Source: Cystobasidiomycetes sp. EMM_F5
Lineage: Eukaryota
Assembly (NCBI GenBank): GCA_051047955.1
Contig: JBPGPT010000008.1
Span: 310,001 to 374,000, forward strand
Reading direction: 5' to 3'
DNA length: 64,000 nucleotides
In this document: one piece after another, positions 34,798 through 47,500 of the stretch
Layout: every line of letters starts with the position of its first letter
Numbering within the stretch: the first letter of the stretch is position 1
Program-made: the position numbers and the translations under genes
Notes under the pieces: model-generated
What the model saw: the letters and a program-made list of their open reading frames with translations, nothing else
Databases searched by the model: none
Told to the model about the DNA's origin: nothing

Positions 34798-35373
34798 TCA
34801 CTTTGTGCTGGAGTACTTTGTGACACCCTTTGTTCCTTCAGAGATGGCGTGCTTTGCGAGTTCACCGGGAAGGATGAGTCGGACGGCTGTTTGAATTTCT
34901 CGAGATGAAATGGTAGACTTCTTGTTGTAGGACGCGAGCTTTGACGCTTCAGAGGCAATTCGCTCGAAAATGTCGTTGACGAATGAGCTGTGAGTGTGGT
35001 AAGACGAGTCAGTCTCGTCCACAGCGTGGAGTAGGCCGCACCGACCCACTTCAAAATCAACATTGCCTTGTTTGAGATACCGGTATCGGGGTGGACCTGC
35101 TTGAGTACCTTGTAAATGTAGGTAGAGTAGGTTTCGGTACGCTTCTTCTTGCGCTTCTTCTTGTCGGCATCGCCGCCAGTCGAGGCTGAAGTCTTCTTTG
35201 TCGCCTTCTTTCCGGCCTTGCCGCCCGTGGATTCTGAGCAAGTACCGAACGCGTCAGGCCTTGTTGATGTAGTCAGGATAGAATAGCGACGTACTGGCAG
35301 CCTTGCCTCCGGTTGAAGCTGGTGCCTTTCCTCCGGTGGAAGCGGGTGCCTTGGATGCTGGTTTGGGAGCCAT
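34798..35373 (-). CDS. HTB1: Histone H2B
   Basis: [46 protein letters not shown]...[25 protein letters not shown]; two introns. Confidence 0.98.
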
Positions 35374-35699
35374 TGTGTGTGATGGGTGTGTGCGAGGTTT
35401 GAGAGTGTGGGTGCGGATGGAAGGAAGCAGAGAGAGAGAGCAAAGATGAAATGCAAAGATGAGTTATTCACTGCTGCTATGCGCGTGCTGCTGTTTGTTT
35501 GTTGTGCGATCGCAGCATCACGCAAGACTGGAATGCATATATCTTTGTCTCTGGCGTGCTGCTAATCTCGATCGTGTAAACAACGAGGTATTGAATATGA
35601 ATTTACGAGTATTGTTACTCACTGCTTTCCTCTTCTCCACTCACTCTACACCCACGCACATCCCCATCAACCCTCACACTCAACCAACCAACTCAAACC
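35374..35699. promoter_or_regulatory. Bidirectional H2A/H2B promoter region
   Basis: 326 bp between the divergent ATGs, the canonical fungal histone-pair arrangement. Contains a forkhead-like GTAAACAA at 35576-35583. Confidence 0.7.
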
Positions 35700-36274
35700 A
35701 TGTCTGGCAAAGGTGGAAAAGCAGCAGCGGCGGGCGATGCTTCAAAGGCCCAGCAATCCCGGTCGTCCAAGGCTGGTCTCCAGTTCCCAGTCGGTCGTAT
35801 CCATCGTATGCTCCGAAAGGGCAACTACGCTCAGCGTATCGGTGCGGGTGCACCAGGTGAGTCGGTAGATGAAGGCCAAAGGGAGAAGGAGCGCGCACTC
35901 ACAAACAACTCGCATTCCTCTCTAGTCTACCTCGCTGCCGTACTCGAATACCTCGCCGCTGAAATCCTAGAGTTGGCCGGTAACGCTGCCCGAGACAACA
36001 AGAAGTCGCGCATCATTCCCCGACACTTGCAGCTCGCTATCCGCAACGACGAGGAGCTCAACAAGCTGCTCGGTCACGTTACCATTTCCCAGGGCGGTGT
36101 GTTGCCAAAGTGGGTTTGCATTTGATGAGTATATGAGGATGATTTGCATACTGACTGACACCCAACAGCATCCACCAAGAATTGCTCCCCGCAAAGGGCG
36201 AAGGCTCCATCCCCACCTCTACCGGCGGAAAGGGAGGCAAAGGCGGAAAGGGCAAGGCCTCGCAAGAGGTATAG
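35700..36274 (+). CDS. HTA1: Histone H2A with a C-terminal SQEV (H2A.X-type) motif
   Basis: [52 protein letters not shown]; last exon [35 protein letters not shown]. Confidence 0.98.
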
Positions 36275-36910
36275 TGGCCGTAAATGTTGGACTGTGTGCT
36301 CTTGTCGTATGCTTGTTGCCATCCTCATCCTTCGATCTTCGTTGTATCGCTTCGGCAGCTCTGTGCTGTTTGAGGCTTTGTCAATCCATTCTTGATCAAC
36401 TCGTGCACGCGTATGCCGCATTGCAAATTGTGAACTAATTGCCTGTGACCCGTGACCTCTTGCACAAAATAGCCTCCCTCGAGATATCGACGCGTCTCTC
36501 TCCTCTGTCCCTGAAAGTAGTCGCGTCATGGCTTCCAAATTATATTATTGAACAGCGCGAATGATATATACTGAGGGAGTAAAGAGATTTGTAATTAGTT
36601 GTAAACCTTCTAATACTCTATTGCGCTGCATACGTTGTTTCTGAAGATTAAGAATCCGCAACTCCGACTCCAATGCTCTTTGCAAAAAGTTGTTGTTCGA
36701 TCACCCACCTACGGAGGTGAGCAGCAGTCAGCAAACACTGAGTTCACCATCAGCCAGCACTGACTGAGTTGCAAGATATCCTGCAGCTAGACTGGCGACT
36801 TGACTGGACTGGGACTGGACTGCGAGTTGTAACAAATCATCACCGCTCCCCCGTTCCAGCCTCCAGACGTCCCGCCTCCGATTTCAACGTCTTGGACAGC
36901 CATCAGAGAC

Positions 36911-39900
36911 ATGGCGACGACGATGACCAGGTCTGCATCATCAGGCGGAGTGAGAATCACAAGGCATACCTCGTCGTCTGCCGCGACTGCGACCGCGACT
37001 GCATCCTCGTCAAACAACAGGCAGTACTCGGAACAGCCGCCAAGTAGTGCAGCAGGGTCAACGGCGACTGGTACCGCAGCAGGAGTCGCAGCGACTACAA
37101 CAACAACAACAACAACAACAAACGATGCACCCAAACTCAAGAATGACCGAGGAAAGTTGACAGAATTGCACGGGGAACCGCCGGTAAACATCAAGCGGAA
37201 TGAGAATGGCCATCTCGTGAGGGGAAGGATGCTCGGAGAGGGTGGTTTTGCAAGGGTATACGCAGCTATTGATAGCTTGAATGGTGCGACAAAGGCAGTA
37301 AAGGTCATTTCAAAGGAACAGCTAAAGAGCTCAAAGACGAAGGCAAAGGTGGGGAGAAGGAACGGAATTTCCATGATTATGTGCTGATGTTGCGTCTTCT
37401 TGTCCTGGACTCTTGTTCCTTCACGCTCGCATCCTTACACCCTGCCCTTCGATTTGGCCTTACTGGCACCTCCACTTCCTTACTTTGGCATTCTCCGCTT
37501 CCCCCTACTCTCTGAAATCATGCCTGATATTGCCGCTCCTCGGCCTGACTCCTCCTCTCAATTCGCTCATTGTTCCACCTGCTCCATCACTAGCTGTTTG
37601 CCGAGATCAAACTCCATCAAGTCATGGACCACCCCAACATCATCAAGTTTGAGTGCTGCTTTGAAGATTCCGAAAATGTATACATGCAGCTGGAGCTATG
37701 CGAGCACAACGTGAGTGGTACAAATTGTCCATCATTCTGTCCAAGACCTCCATGCTGACTTGAACGACACAGTCAATGCTCGACCTGTTGCGGAGGCGAA
37801 AGAGATTTACAGAACCCGAGACGAGATACTACCTGACGCAGCTCATCGGAGCGTCGCAGTACATGCATTCGGCATGCGTCATTCACAGAGATTTAAAACT
37901 CGGAAACCTCATGCTAGACTCGGACATGAATCTCAAAGTGGGAGATTTCGGTCTGGCAGCACTCGTCAAATTTCCTGGAGAGCGAAAAAAGTGGGTCGGG
38001 GATGGGGTACCTGTTACTCGATTGCAGAACGCTGACATTTTGGACAGGACCATCTGTGGGACACCTAATTATATTGCACCAGAGATTCTGTTTGATCAGA
38101 ATACTGGACATAGCTTTGAGGCGGACATTTGGTCAATTGGTGTCATTGTGTGAGTACCGCTCCGGAGCGTTCTCAGCTTGAAATTAACGCCTTTCTAGCT
38201 ACACCATGATTATCGGCAAGCCGCCTTTCCAAACCAAAGACGTAAAGGCCATCTACAAGAAGATAAAGGGGCTAGACTACAACTTTCCTTCAAATGTCGA
38301 CATTTCAGATCTCGCTATGGACCTTGTTGAAGCGATTCTCGACAGAGAACCGCAAAACAGGCCATCAGCGAGCGATATTTTGAACCATCCTTTCCAGTTC
38401 GACGGTGCTTTCCCTTCAAGTATTCCCGCCTCTGCCATGGATGTCGCACCTGATTTCAGTCGACTGACACCACGTATGAGCAAGGACAATTATACACGCG
38501 TTCGTATGCGATCGGGTGCGTCTCTGACAGTTTCATCGGAATCGACCTCGACACCCGTCATTCCCGAAGATGGAGAGGCCGAAGATGGCGAGTTCCTGGA
38601 GATGCGTCCCCATCACTCTCTCAAGCGCGCTTCGTCTGGTGCAGATGCAGTCCAGTCTATACCGGAACCGCCTGCCCAGGTCGTAGCAATGAGCAGTGGG
38701 ACTACTGTCGTCGCTCAGGAAATTGCAATCGAAAAGGAGGTCAAGAAGGTCTTGGATCCAGGATCCCCCATCTCTGAATTGCTCAAGAGTGCAAGGAAAC
38801 CGCTCATGGTCAGCCCGAGAGCGCTTGCGGCTCAAAGAGAGCGAGAAAAGAACGAGCTCGCTCGAAGAGCAGTCACTTCTGCTTCCGCCTCGTCTTCGGC
38901 CAAAGAAGGTCTCTTCCACCAGTATCGCGAAGCAGAAAAGGAGAACGCTCAACAGCAAAGAAGTAGGCCTGCATCGGCACGGAGTCAGGATGTGCCCAAA
39001 TCGAAGGCATCGTCGGACGAAGGCGAGACCGGTCTTGAGAATGCTGTCCGTGCCCTACGCGTTACGAACGGTACAGTCACTTCACCGAATAGAGCTCGTC
39101 CTACTTCATCGTCGACTGGCGGGAGGGACAAGCGGAAAGCACCTGCAACAGCCTCTTCCTCTTTTGTCGTTGCATCAGAACCGGGAGAAAAGCTCGTTCT
39201 CACATCGACAGAGGCAATGGAGCAGTGCTGGCGTACCCTCGAAGATACGATCGGATCTACGCCCCGTCCGATCAGACTCGAAGGTACGTTTGCTGTGCTC
39301 AGTTCATAATAACATCGACATACTTATTATATTCCTTGTTTGGCTTTCGCGTGAATCTAGAACCTGAATACGTCGCGTCACCCAAAGTATTTGTTACAGC
39401 TTGGATCGATTACACCCATAAATATGGTACAGCGTATCAGCTTACGGATGGATCAGCCGGAGTTTACTTCAATGATTCTACCACAATGATTATGGCACCT
39501 GGACGGCAGTAAGCATATTAACAACACCCAAGAATGGCTAGAGCTGACTTGTGTCCTCTCAGACGGTTCGATTATTTGTCGGGTCGGAAAGGCGCGACTT
39601 ACAATCGCAAGAACTTTGATATCCAATCGTTCCCAGAAGACCTCGATAGAAAAGTCTACCTGATGACCTATTTCGAGGACTACATGACGAAGACGCTGGA
39701 GAGGGATGTCGAATGGGTCTTTTCGGATGCATCCCGCAGCAGAAATATGGACTTTTTGGTGAAGTATTACCGCATGAAGAACGCAATCGTCTTCAAGCTC
39801 AGTAACGATGTTTTACAAGTACGTCTATATCCTCTGTGTCATCGGCATACTGCCGCTGATGACGATTTCAGTTCAATTTCTTTGACCACACCAAGATCCT

Positions 39901-40168
39901 ATTGACGGAAGGCGCGACTGTCGTGACGTTTATCGGACCAGACTATAAGCTAAAGAGCTATCCACTGGCCAAATTGCTCCGACGAGGGGAGCGCATCGGC
40001 TTGCTCAATGGCGATGGCAAGGTCTTCTCGTCGAGCGACCCAGCAAAACAGAAGACTATCGATGGTCTCGTTTTCCTCTTTGGAAAGCTAGAATATTGCA
40101 GAGAGGTTCTCAAGGGGCTGTGCGATAAGAGAAGACCGGCAACGACAGCTTCAGCTGGCTCTGCATAG
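36911..40168 (+). CDS. CDC5: Polo-like kinase
   Basis: [50 protein letters not shown]; polo boxes [25 protein letters not shown] and QFNFFDHTK. Confidence 0.96.
37097..37121 (+). repeat. (ACA)n microsatellite encoding poly-Thr in the polo kinase N-terminus
   Basis: About 8 tandem ACA units are directly visible. Confidence 0.9.
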
Positions 40169-40449
40169 TCTCTAAATTTTGGGTTCCCTGTACGATCATT
40201 CGCCTTTCCATTTCTGTTGACGTATATGCTTTGCTGTATCGGAGCGAGATACCAGACTTACAAGTAGCGATGTATGTATTGCGCATGTGTAGAATAGCCT
40301 GCAGCTTTTGTCAGAGATACTGTAATTTCAGTTTTCATAGTCTGGCAACATCCATGGTACGATAACAATGTGCAGCAGAGGAATCTTATCATGGCTGGAC
40401 TTTGCCCGCTGATCAGCTCATGCTAATGAAGTACAATACCTTTGAAAAA

Positions 40450-42617
40450 TTAGGTGAAGCGCCACAAGCGTCCGACTACATCCGCTGACGTTTCCAAGCG
40501 CAACAGAGCATCTTCTGAGGATCCATTTTCAAGAAGCCCGTTTTCTGACTCTGGGAAGATGTACTTGAGCGCATCACCGCGCGGCAAGGCGTTCATGGCA
40601 GGGGCTTTTTTGATTGTGCGCTGGGTCTCCGACTCGATGAGCTGAAAGGCCGAGTCACTTCAGTGATCGAACAAGCTCATATAACAGCAAAAACTGAAAG
40701 AGTACTTACTGTGGAATACGCATGATCTAAGAAATCCTCGAGGTCGTAATTTGGCTTAGTGAATGCCTCCTCGAATACTTTTGCAAGGGTGGAAATACTC
40801 GCGAGGTAGTGCTTACGAAGAGTAGCGAGCTCCCACAAGGAAGAGTCAATCGCGCCCGTCAGCAGCGGGTCTGCCTCCAGGGAATTATACGGATCTGATG
40901 CATTGTTCGATGTTATTAGACGTGCATATTCCGTAAGTGTTCTCGCACTTGCTTACCTTCATACTGCTCATCATCCACCACCGAGCTAGTTGAGTGAATG
41001 AGCACCATGCAGGCAGGATGTCTCTTGAGCAAGTTGTATATCATTGGGATAATGCTGATGATGGCAGCTGGAGGAGCGGATAAGCATAAACGGGCAAGTC
41101 GCTTGACGAATGAAGCCACCAGGGCGGTCGGAAGGTGAGTGGATGATAAGAACAAGTCCAGCATGCGCAAGAAGCGTGGACGATACCGCACATGCATGAC
41201 TTGAGCATCCAGCAATCGATACACATTCCGGTAAAAGTTGGGATAGTCTCTGTCGATGTCAGAATGTCAAGCACTAGACACCGCAGAAGGATGGCGAAGA
41301 ATAGACTTACAATCGATGCTTTGTCACGAGGGTGAACATGCCGTTCAAGGCCAGCAGCGAGACCGTGCCGCCGTAATCACAGCAGTCGGCCAAAAAGTCG
41401 ATGAGCATTCCGGGCTCCAGCAAATGCGGCATGACTTGGCGATGTAGCATGACCAGTACACGTTTAACATCTTCTTCAGTCAAAGGTAAGCTAAGAAAAG
41501 CCCTCCATGCGGCTGCAAACATCCGCCGGTGCGCCGCCAGGCTGAGTAGATCGTGCTGGCCCCGAATTGCTGCTTTCCCGGCAGCTGAGACGGCAGTATC
41601 GTCGGCCTCGTCTGAATCTGTATCATCGAAGATACCGGTGCTCGTAATTTCGTTCTCTTCAGCATCGGCCTCAGCGCGCTTCCGCTTCTTATTCGTTTTA
41701 GCCTTTCGCGAAACCGCTTTTGTCGCCCGGTTGCTTCTGTTTTGCGGTCTTCCCGCCCAAAACTCGTTCAGGTCCGTCTCTTGTGCAGGCATTGTCGTGA
41801 GAGACTCGAGGCAATACATCAAGTTGTCGCGCAAAAATGGGGCAGCCGGGTTTGCGTCGACCAGTTCGCTGCATGAGGCAGGCTTAGCCATCTCTAACGA
41901 TTTCCGCCGAGTCCGTACTCACGCCGTGACTTTGAGAAAGTAGTATCGGATGTCATCGCAGTGGTTAAGGTATCGTGTCGAGAATTCAGCAAGAACGGCC
42001 GGCTGAGTAGCCTGCGGTGGCGCCAACAGGCTTCGAAAAATGTCGCGACCTAGAGCTAGGTCGAAGATGTAGGCTGCAGGAGTTTGAAGCTGCGAGAGAA
42101 ATTCCGATGTCGTTCGCAGAAGGCTCATCAGGATATTGAGTACGGGCACCTGTAGTCTTATGTTAGCCTGATGTATCGTCAAAATTTCGACAACGCCGGC
42201 ACTGAAACCCACAGCTACAGCTTCATCGTGATTGTACACCAGGCTGCAGAGAGTATTAGTATAATCATTCCAGCGACCTCGCGTCCACTCCCGGACGGTC
42301 GCCAAAGCTTCGCTGGCATCCGCAGCTCTGATCTTGCCAATAATACGGCCTTGACGGATCAGACTGGAAAATGCGTTATGGAGCGCGTACGCAGCTGTTA
42401 GGCGGATCTTGACTGCCTTGCCAGCATTCTTTGTTGCCGGATCAGTGTCCTGCTTGAGGATATCCAGCAGGTCTACCAGCGGATTCAAGTCGGCAGATGC
42501 TGTGGAAAGCCGCTTTTCGAGTTCCGCGATCTGCTCAAGCTGGCTCGAGGTGCTGGTGGAAGCCACGACCAGAGATCTGCTGACTTTGGGCGCTTTCCGC
42601 GCTGATGCTAATGCCAT
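40450..42617 (-). CDS. NOC4: Nucleolar complex protein 4 (CBF/Mak21 family)
   Basis: DDIRYYFLK, DFLADCCDYGGTVSLLALNGMFTLV, RFLRMLDLFLSSTHLPTALVASFVKRLARL, YNLLKRHP, AIDSSLWEL. Confidence 0.92.
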
Positions 42618-42754
42618 GTTGGATGCGCGAAGAGGTTGGTACTGGCGGATTTGTACAAGAATACATCATAACGACATGCAGCTATGTCCAATATGCTACT
42701 GCGATCTATGGCTATTGACTGTCTACTGATGCGCTGTCCTTCTGACTTGCTCCT

Positions 42755-44225
42755 TCACGTTACCTTCTTCATCCTACTGCTGTGCGGAGATCTGCGGACA
42801 ACTGGAAACCAGCCGGATGTAAACTCCCAATCTTGCGAATTCTGCTGCACAGATAGTACCAGCATCTGCAGCGTAATGGAAAGCCAATAACCGCCAATAC
42901 CCGTGCCGAGATGCCACCATGCATGCTGAGCAATAGCGTACCACTGGCCGTCAGCCAGCATGAATAGGGTTAACAGACGAAATGTACGGACCAATTCAAG
43001 AAGAAAAGAGAGTGGCTTGCCGACAATGTACTTCAACCTTGTAAGCGATCCGCAGGCGAAGCAATCGACGAGCCAAATACCAAAGGCCGATAGCTAGTGT
43101 CCCACACTTTATGAGCGGGCTTCCTGACGAGCGAAATAGGCAGTGCTCACCAAGAAGAAGATTCCGATGCATTGAGCGTGCACAATTTCTTTACTCCTTC
43201 GCTGATCAGCTGGGTTGCCGTTGAAGCAAGTTTTGGCCAAGTATGTTGATCTGCCAACACAATTGAGGACTATAACGGCAAAAGCTGCTTGACTGGACTT
43301 GACATTAGCCTAGCTCAGGTCCAGGCTCAGTGCAGTGTCTTACTGAAGGACAGGGCTATTTGAATGGATTCAGCAAAATACCTCTAACAGCTGGTCCGAA
43401 GGGCTCACTCTGGATGAACGAGGTACGCTAGGCATATCCCGCTGACGAACAGCGCAAGCCAGAAGCCGACCCACGGGATGGGCTGCTTCTGACCGGGTTT
43501 CTGCGTACTGTAAGTGCAGTACAACACTGCAAGACCTTCAGTTGAGTGTGGAAAAATATGTTGCAAGCCCTCGTGAACGCACTGAAGGTTGCTGCGAACA
43601 GCATTGGTAGCTCGCTGGAAGCACCTGTCAGCTATAACAGAAATGCTGCGACAGGCTAACGAGACGAACTCCATCAATTGTGTATGATATGACAGCTGAG
43701 GATACGGAGCCGTTCAGATGGCACCTGATACAGCAACAAACTAGCTCACTGTCGCATGGAAGAAGGTCGACCCCGTGCTGATCATCGCCAAACCGACGAA
43801 AGGAAGCAGCAGATAATTTGGCAGTCCGTTAGAATAGCTAGAATAAATGCCGTACGAAGCCATGGCTATGACGGGCATATTCGAAAGGGTATTGACAAAT
43901 TCGGCAATCCATCTAAGCCGCACGTAATGAGCCTAGACAGCCTGTTGCCCTTCTCGCTTCGCCTACCTTGAAACGTCATAGTTGCCCTCGCACCAGTCCT
44001 TGCATGTACAAACCGTTTAGCTTTTTCCTTATTCACAATTCAGGAGGGATTTGCTGCCCATACGCACAATGGAAGCAGTCACTGGGCCCCAGAAAGCATC
44101 TTCGAGCGGTTGCTGCTGTACATCTGTCGGCTTTCCTCTTAGTATCCGAGATTTGACCCACGCAAGGTCTGTGCGACCGGCAAGATATGCCTACTCCAAT
44201 TAGTCAGTGTACGCGATATGCCCAT
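42755..44225 (-). CDS. Alkaline (phyto)ceramidase, Ypc1/Ydc1-like
   Basis: FWGPVTASI|DWCEGNY, IAEFVNTLSN, GSTFFHAT, HAWWHLGTG (Zn-binding histidines); multi-exon, including a 12-nt exon. Confidence 0.9.
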
Positions 44226-44515
44226 GATGCATGTTCCTCAGGCAGGTTCGGAATGAAGAAAGTCTCTCCAGCTTTCTCAAAAGCAAAAGCATCAGTCTCG
44301 TAACGAACAGCTGTCAGCAATGCTTATTTAGCTCTGATCGGCAATTTCGCAACACTGTATAGAACAGTAGCCGTGACTTCGACCTCTTCCGCTCTTACAA
44401 CGTCGTCTTGACTAGCCTACAACGGTGGTCCTTTCTGGACCAAATATCACTACCGAGTGGTTTTCCTACTTTTCTTCGCCCGCAATGCGACTATTTGGCG
44501 GACTTGACCTTCGCC

Positions 44516-47500
44516 TTACATCTCCTGTTCATCGCCTCCTTGCTCGTCATGAGACGCGCCAGCACTGAATGTATTCGCGGCTTCGTCCAGATACGCATCC
44601 GGGATATGGATGGCTTCACGCAGGAATTGTCGCTTGTCGCCCGATAAGGCGTCGCCATGACGGGCGAGGGTCTCCGTGACGGATTTTTCGCGACTTTGGG
44701 CACAAAGAATGTCAGACTCTCCCAAGTACAACCAATTGTCGCGCTTACGATTCCGCTGTGCCGAGATGCAAGAGCAGATACACCGACCACTCCCATAGCC
44801 CCAGGTATTCGACTTGATGAGCATAATTCAATAGTAGCTCCTCGCCAGCGCAGCTGTAGCCGCCTTCATCAGTATCGTCGAACTGCCGAACTCCGAGACT
44901 GTGGGTCAAGATGCGATATAAATGCCAAGATTGTCGATAATCGAACGGAGATGTGGAGAAGGCTCGCGGAGCCAAAGCATTCTCCAAAGTGTTGCTAGCG
45001 TCACAAAACAGCTTGATAAGTTCGTACTGTGCATCTTGAACACGACCAGTATCCTGCAGTAGCCATCGTTGCGACTCCGCTTGCAGTTCGTGCTGCGGAA
45101 GTGGCCTCGATAGCATGGGATCCTCCTGGCAATCATGAGAATACGAGCGTAGCGTAGTTGATATCGTTCTTTGTGTCTGACCATACCAGAATCTGATCGC
45201 TAATGCGCGCTTCCAGTCGAGACCTTCACTTATTACTACGGTTGAGCTAGTATCTGCTTCGCTGCTTGCTTGTATGCCCTTGGATTCGGTTACGTTTCCG
45301 GAGAGAAGTTCATACAATCTGCGATAAGATTTCGATATTTGCGCGTCTGCACGATGTTCGCGCCATTTCTGTAACTGTAGCTGAAGGTCTGCTTGATACT
45401 CCTCGTCATCGCCGGCCTGCATCAATAGTGTTGCGAGACGAATGTCGCCGCCCTGGACAGCCGCTTCGCAAGCACGGTCGACTTGGTTGCCAGTCATCAA
45501 TGTGAAGACGCGCTGAGCAATGCTGTCGTCTGATATTTGGCGAAGATCATTCTCTAGTGCAGCAGCGGTGGCGCCCCGCAGCCACTCCGAAAATGCCTCG
45601 CGCCGACGAAGGTTGTAGATGCGATCTTGTAGCTGAGCAGTCGCACCGGCAGGAATGCGCAGTTCAATTTCATCGAAGAGTGCTTGACCCAACCGCCACA
45701 TACCTGCTTCTGGCGATGGATCTGTCTTGTTGAAGCGGGAAGCAAAATGGTGAAAGCGCAGGTCTGGCATGGTGGAAGCTGATGGTAGTGACCCTGCTTC
45801 GATATTAAAATGTGTATGTTCCAGTTGTACCAGCAGCAGCCTAGTCGCAGCTTCGACGCTGTCTGAATCGATCTCCGGCAACAAGGCTGGTCGTTCGATG
45901 TGTACGGTCGTCAGAGAAGATACAAGAGCGTCTTCGGATAGTCGTTGAAGATGTCCAAGATGTATCAATTGACCCTGAGGGCCAAAGGACGCACGAAAAC
46001 AACGGCCAAACATCAAGCCGGCGTCTGCCAATTGACCTTCACGGTCTTCCGCGCAAGACTTGTGTTTGGGCACCTTCTTCCACTGTCGCAATGGCCTATC
46101 TTCCGGCGTAATTGGACTTTCTTCTCGCGGCTTAGGCGGAGCCTTGTTGCAGATGTCAGTAATGATCCGCTATATACGTTCCGAACTGCAAAGTTCACTT
46201 ACTGGGATGGCGAGTGCGCGCTCGAAACGAGCAGGAGGCGCAACAGGAGAGACGGCTCTCCGCGTTGGGGAAGGCGCAGGCGCCTCTACTGATGATGCAT
46301 CCCTCCCCCTGCCAAAAAAACTGGCTTGCATGACAGCAACCCGCTTTGGATCTAAGCCTAGTCGCTGAGCCAGCGGTTTCTGTTGCGGCATTTCTGAATT
46401 GCTCCGTAGAGATTGAGCCATCGAGCTTTGCCTCGATAAGCGTCCGACAGGAAACGAATCGAATTGTGCGCCCCTAGGTATTCTTGGAGTAGGCACTATG
46501 ACCGATCTGCGCCTTCTTGATGGTTCCGGTTCCTCCGTCTCTTCGTCGCGCGCTGTCTCCTCTCCTGAAATGTCAGAACTGGCTTCCTCGGCATCGCTCA
46601 TGGACTCGTCTAAAGTCGCCTGCGGAGGAGCGTCATCTATATCCGACAAGCTAGTATCGCTGACAGGTGACGCTGCTCTTTTCATACTGATCGCTGCTCG
46701 ATCCCGTCGATCCTGGACAGCCTTCTTCCGTAGCAGGGCAGGAGAGCTTACTGGAGCCGTCTCCTCTTCGATACTTTCCTGATCATCGCTGTCACTCTCG
46801 TCAAGTCCCTAACGCTTGTAGTTCAGCCTACGTAATACGGTTGCATATTTATATTCCCGCTTACATAACGGCTGAAATGCGCAACGTTGAATATCCACGC
46901 GCCAGTTTCTGCGACATAATCGACAAAGGTTGTTTCCGGCTTTTTCCTTAGCTTATTTATGAGTTGCTTAGTCCGGGCGTGCTGGGGGTCTTTAATTGGC
47001 TCGCGAGTAGCCTTATCCAATGGCCAGCAGCCGTAGAGAGTCACGGTAGCTGGTACATTGAGTCCCTGACCCACTTCGGGCTTCTGATCTTCGTACTTGC
47101 CGGGGTATACCATTACTTCGCGGTCTTCGATAACCACAACTCCGCCGAGCAGTTCGCGTACACTTGTCAGCCCCGCAAGATCAGCTGGATCCTGCCAGAC
47201 CACACTCCCGAAGCCTTTGCGACCAACTTCAAGGTTAATGACATCCGACAATTCCCGGCTGGGCATGGATTGTAGCGCTTTGATGGTAGGTTTGGTGTAG
47301 TAGTCACCCTCCGAGAGCGCCCGTTCGTGCAAGCGTTCGGCACTCTGCGGTGCATCGTTGCGAGGCTTGCCGTTTGTACGGGCTGCAGCGGAAACCTCAG
47401 CAGATGGCGCGGAGGCTGCGGCCGCAGGTGGCGCAGGCAGTCTATTCTGTGACGTTGAGCGTTCCGATACTTCAGCGTTAGGGTTGAAATGTAGGCCGTT

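Noticed and set aside
34641..35525. 294-aa ORF over H2B
   Set aside because: A chimeric read-through of UTR, introns and one H2B exon; the spliced canonical H2B explains the locus.
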